Of a stretch of DNA of 41,280 bases, positions 24,698-38,794 are shown piece by piece. The notes below the pieces were generated by a model that saw only the letters and a program-made list of their open reading frames with translations, ran no database searches and was not told the origin of the DNA. The DNA is from Catajapyx aquilonaris (Eukaryota): assembly GCA_000934665.2 (NCBI GenBank), contig JYFJ02003460.1, forward strand, positions 1 through 41,280. Direction: 5' to 3'. Both the position numbers and the translations under genes were made by a program. The number at the start of each line of letters is the position of its first letter. The stretch's first letter is position 1.

Positions 24698-27600
24698 GAG
24701 GTTACATACACCCAACTGCCAAAGGATGTGTTGCATATACCCAAGCGGTTTATAGCGATCGACCTGGAGTGTGATGTTTACACAACCGAAACCGCTTCGA
24801 AGTCATAAAGTTATGAAAATTGTAGGGGTCGGTCCCGAAATTATAGGCTCTTAACACCGCTGAAAAGTGCTTTACAACCCCGGTCGTCTCTGCTTGGGAC
24901 AAATTATATTATGGGAACAGAATATGTAGCATGTATGCGTCCGGCCAAAAATGACGTCCGTGTGTGAAAAGACGGCGACAAGGCCCGCATCAATCAAGCC
25001 AATGTTCCGTGTGTTCCACTGTTGCCAGATGCTCCTATCGGTTGCTTACTATCGCTAGCTGTGACATTGTTTAATTGCAGGTTGGAAACAGCAGCCTGAG
25101 CTTATCTCTTTTCCAAGGTGCACCCGCAGGTAGCCCATGCGTACATTAGTTATACTCTCAGTTCAGTTTTTTTTTTGTAGTTACTTCCCGTCCCTTCAAT
25201 TAGGTCCAAAGTACTGAAAGCTTGTGGGCAACTGCCCTCTCTTTGCATGCTTATGGGCTATTTATTTTGTGTCATGGAACATGGCAACATCGTCACTTTT
25301 GCCCATTAGGTGGCTTTGCGCTAATGACCATAATTCAATCCAGGGGATTCTCACTTAATGCGGGGCGTTCTAAACCATTAGAAAGTGTGTTAAGTAGTAA
25401 TTAATGCGAATGCGACAACGTCATGGAGTGACGGATGGCCGTCACGGCTTCAAATTTTGTTTTTCTAGATAAATATGCAGAGGACACGAAGCGCCATTTT
25501 GAATTGCGTCACGGACAGTGTCAATTGCACATTTTAAAAATTTATTCCTAGGTCTTAACCGAAGGATATGCAATGCAGAGTACGAAAGACCCATAACAGA
25601 AATGGTGAAATATTTTGGGAACATTTTTAGTTGATTACTTCATGAGCATTTTCAGTAAACACCGCCTTCATAATTATTCTTAGACTATTATTTAAAAATG
25701 AAAGTAAATTATGGGTCTCAACGAGCAAAAATAAGTACAATTTTCAAGTGATGATGTGTTATACGTGCTGTTACAATGTCAATTTCATTTTTTTGTAAAT
25801 TTTGTTAATTAAAAATTTGTAAATTTGTAAATATAGCCTATGGGTCAGTATTTTGCTCAATGCTCAATGGGAGTTTGGTAACGAAAGTTATTTTCCAACC
25901 GCAATTTATTTCTTGCATTCTGTGTGTTTTTAATACACTGTAATGTAGCAAAATCTCATCAATTTTATATGATAATAAATATTCTTTCGGTCCCGTTACA
26001 TATTCACTAACATATTTCATTATGCATTAAAATTCTACTGTGCATTTGAAAATTGTCACGCACATACTTGATACTTCCCACACCTTCACAATGTGGAAAT
26101 AAAATTACCATCTTCATACTTTAAGACCATTCCAAGTACAGTATTAAATGAGTTTATCGGTAATATTTGCCTCACAGGTTCATAATATTATTTTCTAATT
26201 TACTGAGACAAGAAATTATGCACCATCGTAAGATCCATATCCCACCAATTTAGTGTTTTTCGTCTGTAAATATAATTATCTTATTCAAATAGGTCTGTAT
26301 CAATTGACCCTCGAATGTGGCGCAATGATAATGACCCATCTGTTGCAATCATGACAATTCTAGTGTGTCACAGCTTTCTTAACGACTTGCAAGTGTGTAA
26401 AATTATTGTGAAGATGGAAATGTTTATTCTCACATATAGTGAAGGTGTGATAATTGTATCGTAAACATCATGCAATAAAAAGTAGTTTTAACACATGCAA
26501 AAAAAGTTAATTGGTCGTTACACTACTGACAGAAATATAATCTTGGAAATATCCTGGTTAAATATTATGGCATTACACATCAGTATATTAATACGCGCAG
26601 TATAAGAGAATGCAGGCCGAATTATATATGGTTGATAGAAAATAAAATCCTTCATTACTGCTACTACATTTATAAATATAGGCTATACAGTAGCATATAA
26701 TGATTGTGCTATTTAATTGGATCGTCTTATGGCATGTGCATAAGTGTAATGCTGTACCAAAACATTATAAGTGTTAATTACAATTTCTGCACTGGGACAA
26801 CTCAATGTGTCTTTACCGAATATTTACCCTATACTCAAACAGAATGAAATTCCATTTTCAACTTACAACGTTTCTGGCAAATTTTAAACCATTATATAAA
26901 TGTCACGGCAGGAGGATACAAATACCTGAAAGGTGTGACAACCAGTTAAAACATAGATAATATTTAACAATAAGTTTTCAAATAAACAATTATGGAAAGG
27001 GGATCAAGTGCCATTTTTGAATCAACAACGTCACAGGCAGTTCCGGTCAATATGCAATTCCTACAGAGTGTGAACCCCCCATAAGAGTTTTTAAAAACAT
27101 AAAAATAGTTGACTCTACAAAAAAAGAAGGGTTGAAGTCCCGAAACATCTGGCCTTTGTGCATGGATGTCAACTTGAGTGGAGGGGAAATATCAAGTCTC
27201 AGAGCTTTAAAGTGACACGTTACTCTCGCATTTCATTTCAAACTCTACTTTGTTGTTTCCGGCCTGTCTCCCAGATTTTTACAGAATACTCCTTTTTTTA
27301 CCCAACAACCAGAGTCGCTCTTCTGCAACCGTTTGCAACCATCCGCCGCAAAATATACGCCCGTGAAAATTATACCACACTGCTAAATTTGATAGGTTAT
27401 AGTTTTGAATGAGTAGATTAGAACCGCAAATTAATTTGCATTGAATATGTGTTTACGCCATTATACGATAATTAACACTCGGAAAAGTTCTGCCGTGAAA
27501 AGTGGGGTTAATTACCGGTCCGCACGTTCATTTACACCCTTCCATGTTCTTTTCACTTGCTCGTTACCGAGTGTCCCAACTGCATATCCTGGGTTCACAC

Positions 27601-30600
27601 GGCTGTCGTTATAATCTACCAACCAGCTGATCTGCACAACTATGAATTGTGGTCAGTTGAAATAAATAGCCCGCCATATTTAGTCCAGATGAATCAATCG
27701 TCCATATTGTCACCTCCAAGCAATTTTCGGCACTTCACCCAGAAACCGAACCCAGCAAATAGCACGTTCTTCCGACAATGTTCGTGGTTCCCCACCCGAA
27801 ATCGGTTCGCAAAAGCAGAGGCACCGCATGCCGTAGCAGCCAGAAATCATTATCGCAAAGATTTCCAAGCCTCTTCTCCTAGGCTCGAGTGTCAGTCAAG
27901 ACCCACCACAGGGGCTCCCTTCCGAAGCTACCGACTCCCCAGGATGGGAATCTCGCCAGACCAGGCAAAAACACCGCCATCTTTGCACCCCCTCCCGGTC
28001 ATTACCCAAAAATCGGTTAATGAAATAGAAGGGCGCTGGACTGGATCCTTTTTAGTCCTGATTTCCCTAGAGGTGGTGCCGAACGAGTTGGGGAAATCAA
28101 ACGTGTGTGAAATTTTCTTAGTACGAAATTTGGTGCTTTTTGGATCCCTTGGGGGAAGGAGTGGGGGGATGACGTATGCCTAGGGAGATGGAGAGAGTGT
28201 GCTGGGGTAAGGGGAGAAACGTGGGGGGTCTGTACACCCCAGACGGGTCTGATCTGCATGGAATGTGGCAGCAGACAACTTCACGTTTCATCAACTCGCG
28301 ACATGCTATGGCGCGGTGGCGCCATCACAGCGTTTTTTTAGAACCGGGTTGCACTTCAGCACTGTAGCGATAAACTAGCGCGGCTTAATCGCAGCTTGGG
28401 AATCAATCATTTCGGAGGGTTCAAAGGAGTACGAATCTGCCGAAATTGCTACCTTCAAATATTAAACTGGAGACCAGAAAACGACAGCTATCAAAATAAC
28501 ACAATACAACACCAAAACAAAAACAGCAATATTGCATGTTCCTCCACCACAATCCCTCGTGGGTAAATTAAATACACATGTTCATACTCCAGAATATTTA
28601 TTTGATAAAAATAAAATTGCGCTGATGGAAGCATAAATCGCGCGGAAATTTCCAGTCACTTCCTGGGCTTGTGTGAATGTGCCAAGCCACAATGCTTCTA
28701 ACCTCATAATTCAGCAGCAAATAATTTGAGTCACGCTAGGCTCGGGCTAGTTCCATAAAGGTAGCTTTGCACGTCGCGAATGGCTGACACGTAATGCGCC
28801 TGTTCGGCCCTCTTATAAGCTCCCCCTACCCACCCCTCTTGGTCCTAAAGCCACTGCCATGTTGAAAGAGTAGGCTTCCAAACAGCCGACAGACGCCATC
28901 CGGAAAGACAGGCTAACAAGGATTATCTCCTGTCACCATAAACTTGGAGGTCTTAGGTCTCTGACGTGAGCATTTCAAATGTTTCCCCAACCTGCGGGTC
29001 CGCCATGATCAGAACGGATTTACACGAGGCTTCCAACCACTTTGCTTAATATTCACTGGCTTTTCTCTTAAGGGATATGCAACCCGTACCTAGATCTGGT
29101 GCTCTGAGGGTTGCCTCGATATATGCGGATACCGAACGAGCATTGTGAGGCAGCTCCCGAAGGTGATAAATGAACTTGTTCTGCAATTGCGTGATGCATG
29201 CGTTAACCCACATTTCAAAAAGTGTTAGATAATTCAGCATACAATGGAGATTACAACACAAGTACAAACCTAGTAATTAAGTTGTGCTAAAATATGATGC
29301 ATAATTTATTACCGGCAGAATTCTTTTCAGACTACTGTACGCATTAGGTTATCTTGACAAGTGCTACACAATGACATAGTAAAACGTCATATTTTTGAAT
29401 GCTCTAATGAACTTGTATGGGAAAATCTTGTGGTTGTTAAAACCTTGAAGTTCGTACAGTCATATTCTATGGAAATATTTGCCTATATAAGAGAAACACT
29501 TCTGTGTATTCTAATGGAGAAATACTAATAATGTCGAGTCAACACTGATGAATAATTTCAAGCCAAACACAATATTGCATATTGCTATTTCCAAGTAAAC
29601 ATATGAGACCTAGCATAACCGACACTAAATATTTGACATCCTTATCCAGCAAACACCTCCAGAGAGAAATTTTTCTCAGATTCTATCCGCAAGTCAGCAG
29701 CTTTCAAAATGCAATCAGTAAGTGAAGCTGTCTTCACTTGCGCCGTTGGCCGAGAAAAGAAGTAAGTGAAATGACACGGGTGCATGGCTGGCATCCTCCT
29801 CATCTCCTGGCTGTGTCACCCCCATTTCTTCCACCTCTTGGTCCGCGACCCCCGTGGAGCAAGGGCCCGAATACCTGGCGTTCTCTGCTTGTGCACCTGC
29901 ATCCCAGAAAACACACAGGAATGCGATGCTCCTGCTGCTGGCATGCCCTCTTCTTCCTTCTGCGCATTTTTATTTCCGACTACTTTTTTTTTTGTCCTTT
30001 CTGAAACAAGTGTCTTAAGCTGGCGGATCATTTCCTCCAGAAACCTGCATCACGACCTATCAGCATTCCTCATTTTATATGTCGCTGATGTCTTATGCAG
30101 AGTCAGGTCTTCCATAAATCTGTGCCTTAAGTCTCTATAGTAGAAAAGCCACTGACTAAAGTAAATGTTTACGATCTCAATTGCAGTTTCGATCCCTTGT
30201 ATTTGTCATACTGTGCATATCTCAGCTCATAATCTGACAGGTTCTATGGAGGAAATATGGCTGCCAATGCAACTATAAAAAATGCAATAGACACACATTT
30301 GCTTTTAGAGCTGTATGAGACACAGCCAGGTATATAGAATTAATAATGAAACGTTTCCAAGCATGATATGTGCACAACATTCTGACATACTTTTGGAGTT
30401 TTAATATTCGGCCGAATTTTTCCCCTGATTTATTTATGGCATTACTAGGCTATATATTACACATAATTGGAAGGACTTTCTTTCCACAAATGTCAAATAT
30501 TAAAGCGTATGTGCTCCCGAGAAACCAACGCTGCTGCATCGGACTGCGACAGTTACGGCCCTTTTCAGAGAAGCCATAAATTATCTCGTTTAATGAGAAG

Positions 30601-31071
30601 AGCATTTAAATCAGTATTTGCTGTCCACCGTTGGCGAGTCATCCACTTAAAAAATTCTTTAAAAAACTGGAAGTACGACTGTAATATCCAACACTTGCGG
30701 ACTTGAACGCGGATTAATTGCGACGAAAAAAAAGTCGCGCTTGAAACAAATGTTTCTAATGCTTTCTTCGATACATCCTTAAGAAAAATTTCGACCTTCG
30801 ACAATCGTAATAAGTCCTGAAGGCTCCACTATGCGCCCCCGCTTTACGACCACAATAATTCTTGACAGGAGGATTTTCGCGACTGGCGTAATTATTCCTC
30901 CAGGCGGTACATGTATCCGAACCGTGTTCCACCACTTCTTCTGAGCTACCAAATGACCCCTTCGGTCCTTTTCTGAAGAAGAGTTGGGAATAACGGAGCC
31001 GTTTTTTTGTGTGTGTATGTCTCTCCGACAGCGCCATGGCCAACAAAAAGAAGCGGTGTGAAAATATGACG

Positions 31072-31087
31072 CCTGCTAATTAGCAGG
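31072..31087. repeat. Perfect 16-bp palindrome in intron 2
   Basis: CCTGCTAATTAGCAGG. Confidence 0.9.
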
Positions 31088-34000
31088 ATTTTTTGAAGGA
31101 TAGTACAGGCTAGGATATATATAGTGTGGTTCAGGCGTAACTTCCGGTCTTTCTAATCGTGGCAGATATTCCCAAGATAGTGGGGGTCAAACATCCTGAC
31201 ACTTTCAAATATGATGAAAATAGCCCATCTTTAAATTCGAACCTTGAGTGTACCAAAATTACGGGAAATGGCCTAGAAATTTTTGATTGCACTGTACCCG
31301 CAATGACGAAAATTTCTTGGAGGGATATGTGTTTCTAAAATTGCAAGAATGGGGCTAAGGTTTTTATTGCGAATTATGACGCAAATCTGGATTTAACATG
31401 TAATTTATCACACCATCAGCAGTTTGGCCAAACCGGTACTAAGGATTAATATTGGACCGTGTATTATGCGCCATACAAAAAAAGTGCCTGTCACCAAACT
31501 CCCGTGCTTCCTAATCCTTAAAGAGAGCAGAAACGATGCAAAAACATGAAAAGGCGGCCATTCTTGTAAAAGGGGGCTCAAAGGCCGACCATGCACGCAA
31601 GCTGTGTTTTCATCCACCACACACCAGGCTCTACTTTGCTATGAACGTTGCCACCTTCACAATCGCCACCATATTGGTCAGCCTGTTGTTGAGTGTCAGG
31701 AGATCCGGAAGTCGTCACGCTAGAAAAAGCAATTATTAATCATTTTACTATTGCACGAACCGCTAGGGTGTGATATGGCCTGTTCCTCATGCTTCGTATC
31801 AGCATAAGTTCATCGGTTATCATCAAGTGTCAATATGTGTACTTTGCAATAATGTCACCAGATTTGCATGAATGATTTTCACTAGTTATTATCGTCCGCA
31901 CACACAGAAACATTCTAACAATCTATGAATATTAATAAGCTGCCCTCTCATCACGTTGTAAATCTAATTCCGTAAATTAAGCTATGATGACACACACCAA
32001 TAAAATGTGTGAACCGAGTTTGGGCCCATAAAATTTCTTCCGCTTCTGGAATAACTTAATCTGTGAAAGATTCCGGTTGGCGGTACCTGTGAGTTGCCAT
32101 TCGAGGCGTTAGATATCGTGATGAGACTCCAGCTATTTATTAGAGCTTGCTCTATAATCAGGTTAAAATCCTAGACCAATTGCAATAATTTTCGAAAATA
32201 TTGCTGTTATTCTTTCCGACGGGCCAACTGCTTTTCTCCCATTCCGATGCAGCCGCATCACAATGAGCGCTGTAAAAATGCTGTTTTAACAGGTCGTTAA
32301 ACACTGAACCAGTTGCGGGGACAACATTTTACACTAGCCGCTAGTAATCAAGGACCACCCTATCTTTTTTTTTTGGAGAGGAAAGGGTTCGACAAATAAT
32401 CAGCTCTTCATTGGGTCGGCTATTTGTTCCTATGCATCACAAAAGGGAGTTATCTCACTTTTAATATCTTGTTCGGTTGACACATGAGCACCAAAAAAAA
32501 AAACCATTGTCTTTGGTGTTCCGACTGTGCTGGCCTCGAATAGGAATGAGATTTTTATGATCCAGAACAGAGTCATCACCCAGATGAGGTGGGCATTAAT
32601 TAGTGCAAAATACCTGATCTCAATCGCTGGAATAGAGAGGGACATAAGAGCGCTTCTGTTTTATGCCCGGTGATAATCTTTTGGGGGATTGGGAACGACG
32701 TAACTCTGGGGTGCCTGAGGAACCTGCTTTTTTTTCGATTTGACCACTGTTGTTTTACAATCTGTGGACACTTTTGTTGAGTGGAAAAGAATCCGGTCTT
32801 GCCCGTGTGTGGATCCCCGATGAGGCAAGGGGTAGGTGAAATATCATGGTTGATGAGGCGTATAAGCTGAGGAGAAATTGGCTGGTTTGTCTAGTTTTCT
32901 CAGATTGTCTTATGCATCTATGGAACACACTCTCAAGACGTGGTCATTCCTACTGATTACATGATTCAAACAGCCAACTATGTCCAACAGTAAGCAAAAT
33001 TGTGCTTAAATAAATTGAAACTGGTCAACTACAAACATTAGGTCCATGCCCTCTAGCAGTCCATCGTTCATCCGTCCCTTGGTCAGATAAAGGTCATCCC
33101 CCGTAAAACATTCATGACTTCAATTTTGAACGCTGCAAACAAGTCGTAGTTATCGCGTAATTCATTGTTTTCACGCCCCCCACTCTGCACTATCTCTCTG
33201 TCTCTTTTTGTCGTGCCGAAACGCACTCTATATCTGAACCAGTCCCAATGCGACAAAACTGTCCGCGTATATGGAGCTCTACGGCCTCGTAAATCACCCG
33301 AGGACCGAAATTATCAACATCCCTCGGTCCGAGTTTGCAAAATCCATATTTTTGCACGGGCGTTTACACGCTCGAGAGTTTACACAAAAACCCTGCAGAA
33401 ATATCCACTCGTTTTCATCACCGGCCAATCAGGAGGTTACACTCCGGAACACGGGTGGTGATGTTTTAAAATTTGCGACTCCCCGTTTTAATAATCCACT
33501 AGGGAAATTGCAAAAAAAAATATATATTCACACACCAAATTCTTTCAAACTTGGTGGTTTTTTTGGCTCCAAAATGGCTGCACGTCCTGGCTGAATATCA
33601 AGTTTGTCGATTCGGTGGGGGCTTTCCCCCTATTCTCTCTGTGCGGACGCATCTCGCCAATATTGGCGCAAAGCTGGGAGGGGGGGAAGCCGATAAAAGT
33701 GCGCAGGGTGGGTGGGTGGGCGTGTTTCTGTCCTGCACCGAATCGCGTGGGGAAGTCAGCCAAAAAAGATGGCTCGATGACTCCGGACGGGTTAATAAAG
33801 GCTGCCATTTGAGGGGAATTGTGGCCGATCTGGCAACGTGGCGGAGTTGCCATTTTCAGCCAAGAGGCGGTGGTGCCAAAAGATGACCATTGGGTGATGG
33901 TTGTGATATAGTTAATTTATAATAATTAACATACAAATTATCAGCCCAAGTTGACCATTTTTGAGCAAATATGGCAACACAGGCTGAACGCTATTGGTCA

Positions 34001-37000
34001 ACCGAGTGGCGTGCTGGTGACGTGTGACAGGATGAGCCAGTCAGCAAGCGGCGGTGTTGCCGAATGGTCGCGGACACCTGTCTGAGTAATGTCAACAGCG
34101 GCGCTTAAAGGTGACACGTTGACATTTACGGGTGACAGCGAAATGGCGGCAGTCTGCATATATCGACGGGCAATCTGGTCCCCAAGTATTGGTGTATCGG
34201 TCCAGCTTCCAGATAATGGACAGTTATGTTCGCTCTCTCTCATTGGTCCTGCATAATGCGTTCCGGATATGAGAGCGTAGTAGATATTGCGTAGGTGTGG
34301 TCATATCAGCAATATTTCCAGAGACCTTTATCACATTTTCAGCACATTTATGTCAACTCATCACCGAGATTGTCAAATTAAACGACACGTTCCCCGGTAC
34401 ATAGTAATGGGCGCATGGAAATTATGCTTGTTAAATGGGAGTTTCCCAGTTGATGACTAGTTCATGACGGCATTCATTTATTTATGTAGGCCTACCTATT
34501 CTACACAACCGGCCGATTCGCACCATTAAGCCTACATATAAACTGCCGGTTGTGGACGCCGCATTATAACGGATTGGTGATTATTATTGGCGCAACGAGG
34601 GTTCGCAGCCAGGAAATTCGATGCATTTTTAAGACCCGAGTGGATTTGTTGATAGGGTTCTAACTATACAACGGCATGCGGCACGTCATATAGCCCCCTA
34701 TAGCTTATTATACCCGCATTTACTTCTCGCCCTCACACTTGCCAATTGATGTACAGCAGTCTGTCAGCATCATTCTAAAGGCACGGGTTATTTTCTTGGA
34801 ATAAATGCGTTAATAATGTAGTGCAGAAATTGAAAATTCCTTGCTAGAGTGTATAATAGAATTCATGAAGTGACGTAGCTTAATACCGGTATAACCTACT
34901 GTGTTAACAGGATGAAATATTACAGAAATATATGTAGCTTTTTCCTGTACTGTACGTCTGTCCTGTGTAATTACACATTTCATTAGAAAATCACTTGAAT
35001 TAAAAAGAGACGGAATGAAGTGTTATTATTGCACAAGATGGGATTCACCCTAGAAAAAAGAATTTTAAATATACCACCTCTTCTTTCCTAATCATCCAAG
35101 TAGCTGGTAAACAAAAGTTAATATTTTACACCTTTGAACCCAGGCTCCCTTGCATGTTCAACGACTTTGATAGGCACCTGCGTAATATTTAGTCAACAAC
35201 AAGACATGCACACCGCTTTGCAGGCATATCCCGATGCACATCCCGATGGACAATGCACTTGTCTAAAGCTCACCAGTAATGAATCGCGTGAGAGATATAT
35301 TGCAATCCTCACATGACCAATGACGCAGCCTTCATACATTCCTTTTTGAGAATACACGTTCCTAAAAAGTGCAAATCCCAGCAATTGTTGGGCAAACCTT
35401 CCAAAAATCCAGTACATTTCATATCCCTAAGTTTCAGACCGACCAACGCAAATGAAAATTACTCAAGGTATTTTTAGAGTGTATAATGTTGATCACAACG
35501 GCCCAAAGACAAAGACAACTTCCCCCATGTGAACTCTAACCCCATCCAAATCCCGTACCGATCCTGCCCCAACCACACACGTATCAGTTTCGCACTCCAT
35601 GTACCTACAAATAACTCCCATAAATCCAACCCATTAATAGTCCAACCCCCTGCGCCAATAATATAAAAAAAACGGTTATTCTGCGGTTCCCATTCTTACA
35701 TTACCTGTGAACCCACCGGATCGAGTTACCACTCATTTGTAGCCCTACCTTTTTGCCCATTCAGACCCACATTTTTGGTGGAAGCCTGCCCTGCCGTTTA
35801 CCCCCGTCCAAAAAGGCAAGTCGAGGATAGGGGTATATAGGGAGGGGGGGAGCAAGTGTTAAAACGATCACAATGGGCCCGAGTGGCAGTGATTTAACTG
35901 GCTTTTCTCGGCAGATGTTCCGGAGTAATCGACCCCCGCGACCTCCCCTTTTGCCGCCACCGTTTTCAACGCCGGCCGTCGTGTCGCTTCGGCGCCGACG
36001 AATAATCCTCGAAATGACCGCCCTTAACAATATCGCTAATGAACTACAGTTCTGCTGAGGGAAAAGAGAGGGGGATTGCAACTGCCCCTGGCCTATTGTT
36101 AGAACCCGATTTCAGTTTTCAGATGGGGAGGAAAACCGTCTGATCTGAGGGTGTGGGTCAGATGTTGACCTTGCGGGGAGGGGCAATTAATTTGTCACAT
36201 ATTTGGGACGAGGTGATGTGAAGGTGAGAACAAGGGTGGGATGGGTGGTAATTTTCTGGCCAAGATCTTGGCCCCAGCGAAATTACGGATCATTTGTCAT
36301 AAAATTTGCATTACAAACATCAGGTGGATGGGACCGCCATGTTTAGCAACCCAAGGGCGTTTTCACCACCAGAAGGCTCAATCCCTCCAAAATTATGTTC
36401 ATCATAATTTGAGCCATCGTAAGGTGTTTCAGCCAGAAACTGACATACCGGTAACTAACACTAGTTTAAGTTCCGTTAATTAACAAGTTGGAGAAATTCG
36501 TGTATATATAAAACAATTTCACATATGATGCGACGGATCATATTGTAATGTTTGTTAGAAATATGAGCAAAGCGGCGGTTAGTCATCATTGTTACACAAT
36601 CGAGGGGTGCAATTAGTATTCTGCTTCATGATACAATATTGCAGCGATTTTAACTGAACTACAGTAATTATTCAAATTGATGGTCAACCATGGAAAAGCT
36701 CTGGCAATTTTCGGCTGCATTTTAATCCCAGTTTGTAATAATAATTACTGCTTACATTATTATCAGAATATGTTTTCTGAACCTGGTCGATAATATTCGT
36801 GGATATTGCACCGCGTCACACCAGTTGTGACATAAATAGGCATATCCAAATGCTGCATCAGTGTAACATGCAACAACAGTGCATATACAAAACCCCGGAA
36901 ATGAATTTTTTAATAAGTTTTTAACTCTCCCACAGCCCACAATCAGTCAACTGTACGGGGCTCGTCACATCGGGCAAACCTGCATTGTGTTTTTGTAACG

Positions 37001-38311
37001 CTGATGTTGCAAAGAGTCTCGCTGAGTGATGATTTCCTCCACAGCCTGTGATTAACATACCCACTTCTGTCAATTTCTGTTTACATGCAGTGTCATAATA
37101 ACAGTAGAATTAAATTAACCGGATTGACTAAGTGATTCAATTCCGAAACTATTAATGTCCTCATACTACAAATCGCCATCTTTATAGTTTCCTCTAGGAA
37201 ATATCACTGTTGTCTTCAAACCCTTCAATGATGTGAAACTTAGCAACAATGCACCCCGCCTTTCAACAAAAAATAAGGTTTTCTCACCTTATACCTCCCA
37301 TCCCCCATTCCTTCGTCCTCACCTTTAATCATGCCCACTAATCAGAAGCTAATTTCTCTGATTGGGCTCAAATGGAGCGAAACTGAGGCTGGGAATAGCC
37401 GGTTCGGGATTGGTTCGACACGCAAACAAGTCATCAGAGCAAGGGGGCCATGGAGCCCCAAAGAGAACAGTTGGCCTGACTCGGATTTCCAGATTCAATT
37501 TCCTTTGCACCGTCCACGCTCGTTGCCCCCTTTTAAGGGGAACAAAGGCGCTTCGGATTTGACCTGCGACAAAACCCGCGACGTTCCGGAACAGTGGCGC
37601 CCCCAGGCAGGTGCGCAGAAGCAACGCGCATGTAATTATTGGCGCCATCTAAGGTTAACTCCCCAAATCGCGGTTAACACTTGCCCGGATTTAAAGCCGG
37701 CAAATGAATGCTCCCGATGCGGCGCGTTTTCCCTGTAGGTTTCTGGAATGTCACGGGTTCGGGTCGCGACCTTTTGGCTTCCAGGCGTGACCGCGGAAGG
37801 TCTGTTTCTCTGAAAGTTGCCTCCTGTTTCTCTTGAGGGACTTGGGACCCCCAGAAATGTTTCACAAACAAAAAGCGGCTTTCAAGTCGTCGGAATCGAA
37901 CCGAGTTTGTGAACAAACAACAAAGTTCTGCCGCCCAAAAGACCTCCCAAGCTAACCGTTGCAGATTTACGGTTTTTCCCTTTTTCGAGTTATATAATTA
38001 ACAGCACTAATTACACTCGAATATATCGCGTGCTGATGCGACACAATTTGTAAACATCACAATTGACAATCTGCTATATATCATTTACAATATTCTAAAC
38101 ACAATTGTGGTCGAAAATACACCTGGGTGTCATTACATATTCTGTAAGGTGTACGTCCTTAAACAACACAATCATAACCGCAGGTTGCCAACTTGCATAA
38201 AATTCCCGATCCGTCATGGTTCCCATCCTGCCAAATATTTACGACCCATTTTTACACCGTTTTGCACCAACACCTGCTAATAATCTGGGGTTGAAAATAA
38301 TGGCCACGTAC

Positions 38312-38648
38312 CTCCCGGTCTTGGTGATGATCATTTCTGTCCCAAGCTCGTGGAACTTATCCCAAAGGTCTTTGGTCTCAAGGTGGCAGTCCACCGACAG
38401 CAGCTCCTCACAGTTGCATTTGGTTTTCACTTCGGCTTTGGTCTTTGCATCGGAGGAATCCTCCTTGGTGTCGGAAGGAGACGGAGACACCGAGGAAGCC
38501 TTGGTGTCTGGTAGGGATTCGTCCACCTCGATGTCCACGTCCCGTTCGCCGTCCGAACACTCCTCGACGTCCACTTCCTCTTCGTCCTTCACCATCTCCT
38601 CCGACTCCGTGTCGCCCACGTCCGTACCTGCCGCATGGGACAGTTTTT
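38312..38648 (-). CDS. Tbx20: Tbx20/H15 coding exon 2 (acidic region and start of T-box, LETKDLWDKFHELGTEMIITKTG)
   Basis: Acceptor TTTATTGCAG|AA, donor GGGAG|GTACGT; conserved T-box start; frame continuous with exons 1 and 3. Confidence 0.95.
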
Positions 38649-38794
38649 CTGCAATAAATGAGCCGTCCACTATGTGTTTATTACACACTTTCGTGCACAA
38701 ACTTGAGTAAAATTGCTCTGAGCGACATGCGGAAATAGTGCCACATTTTAGATGTCCAATAAAAAGCATTTCAGTACGTGGTGATACGAATTTA

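Noticed and set aside
27557..28183. 208-aa plus-strand ORF in intron 2
   Set aside because: Non-ATG start, no recognisable domain, random-looking composition; consistent with chance in a locally GC-rich stretch.
38216..38710. 164-aa Ser-rich plus-strand ORF
   Set aside because: Antisense shadow of Tbx20 exon 2.
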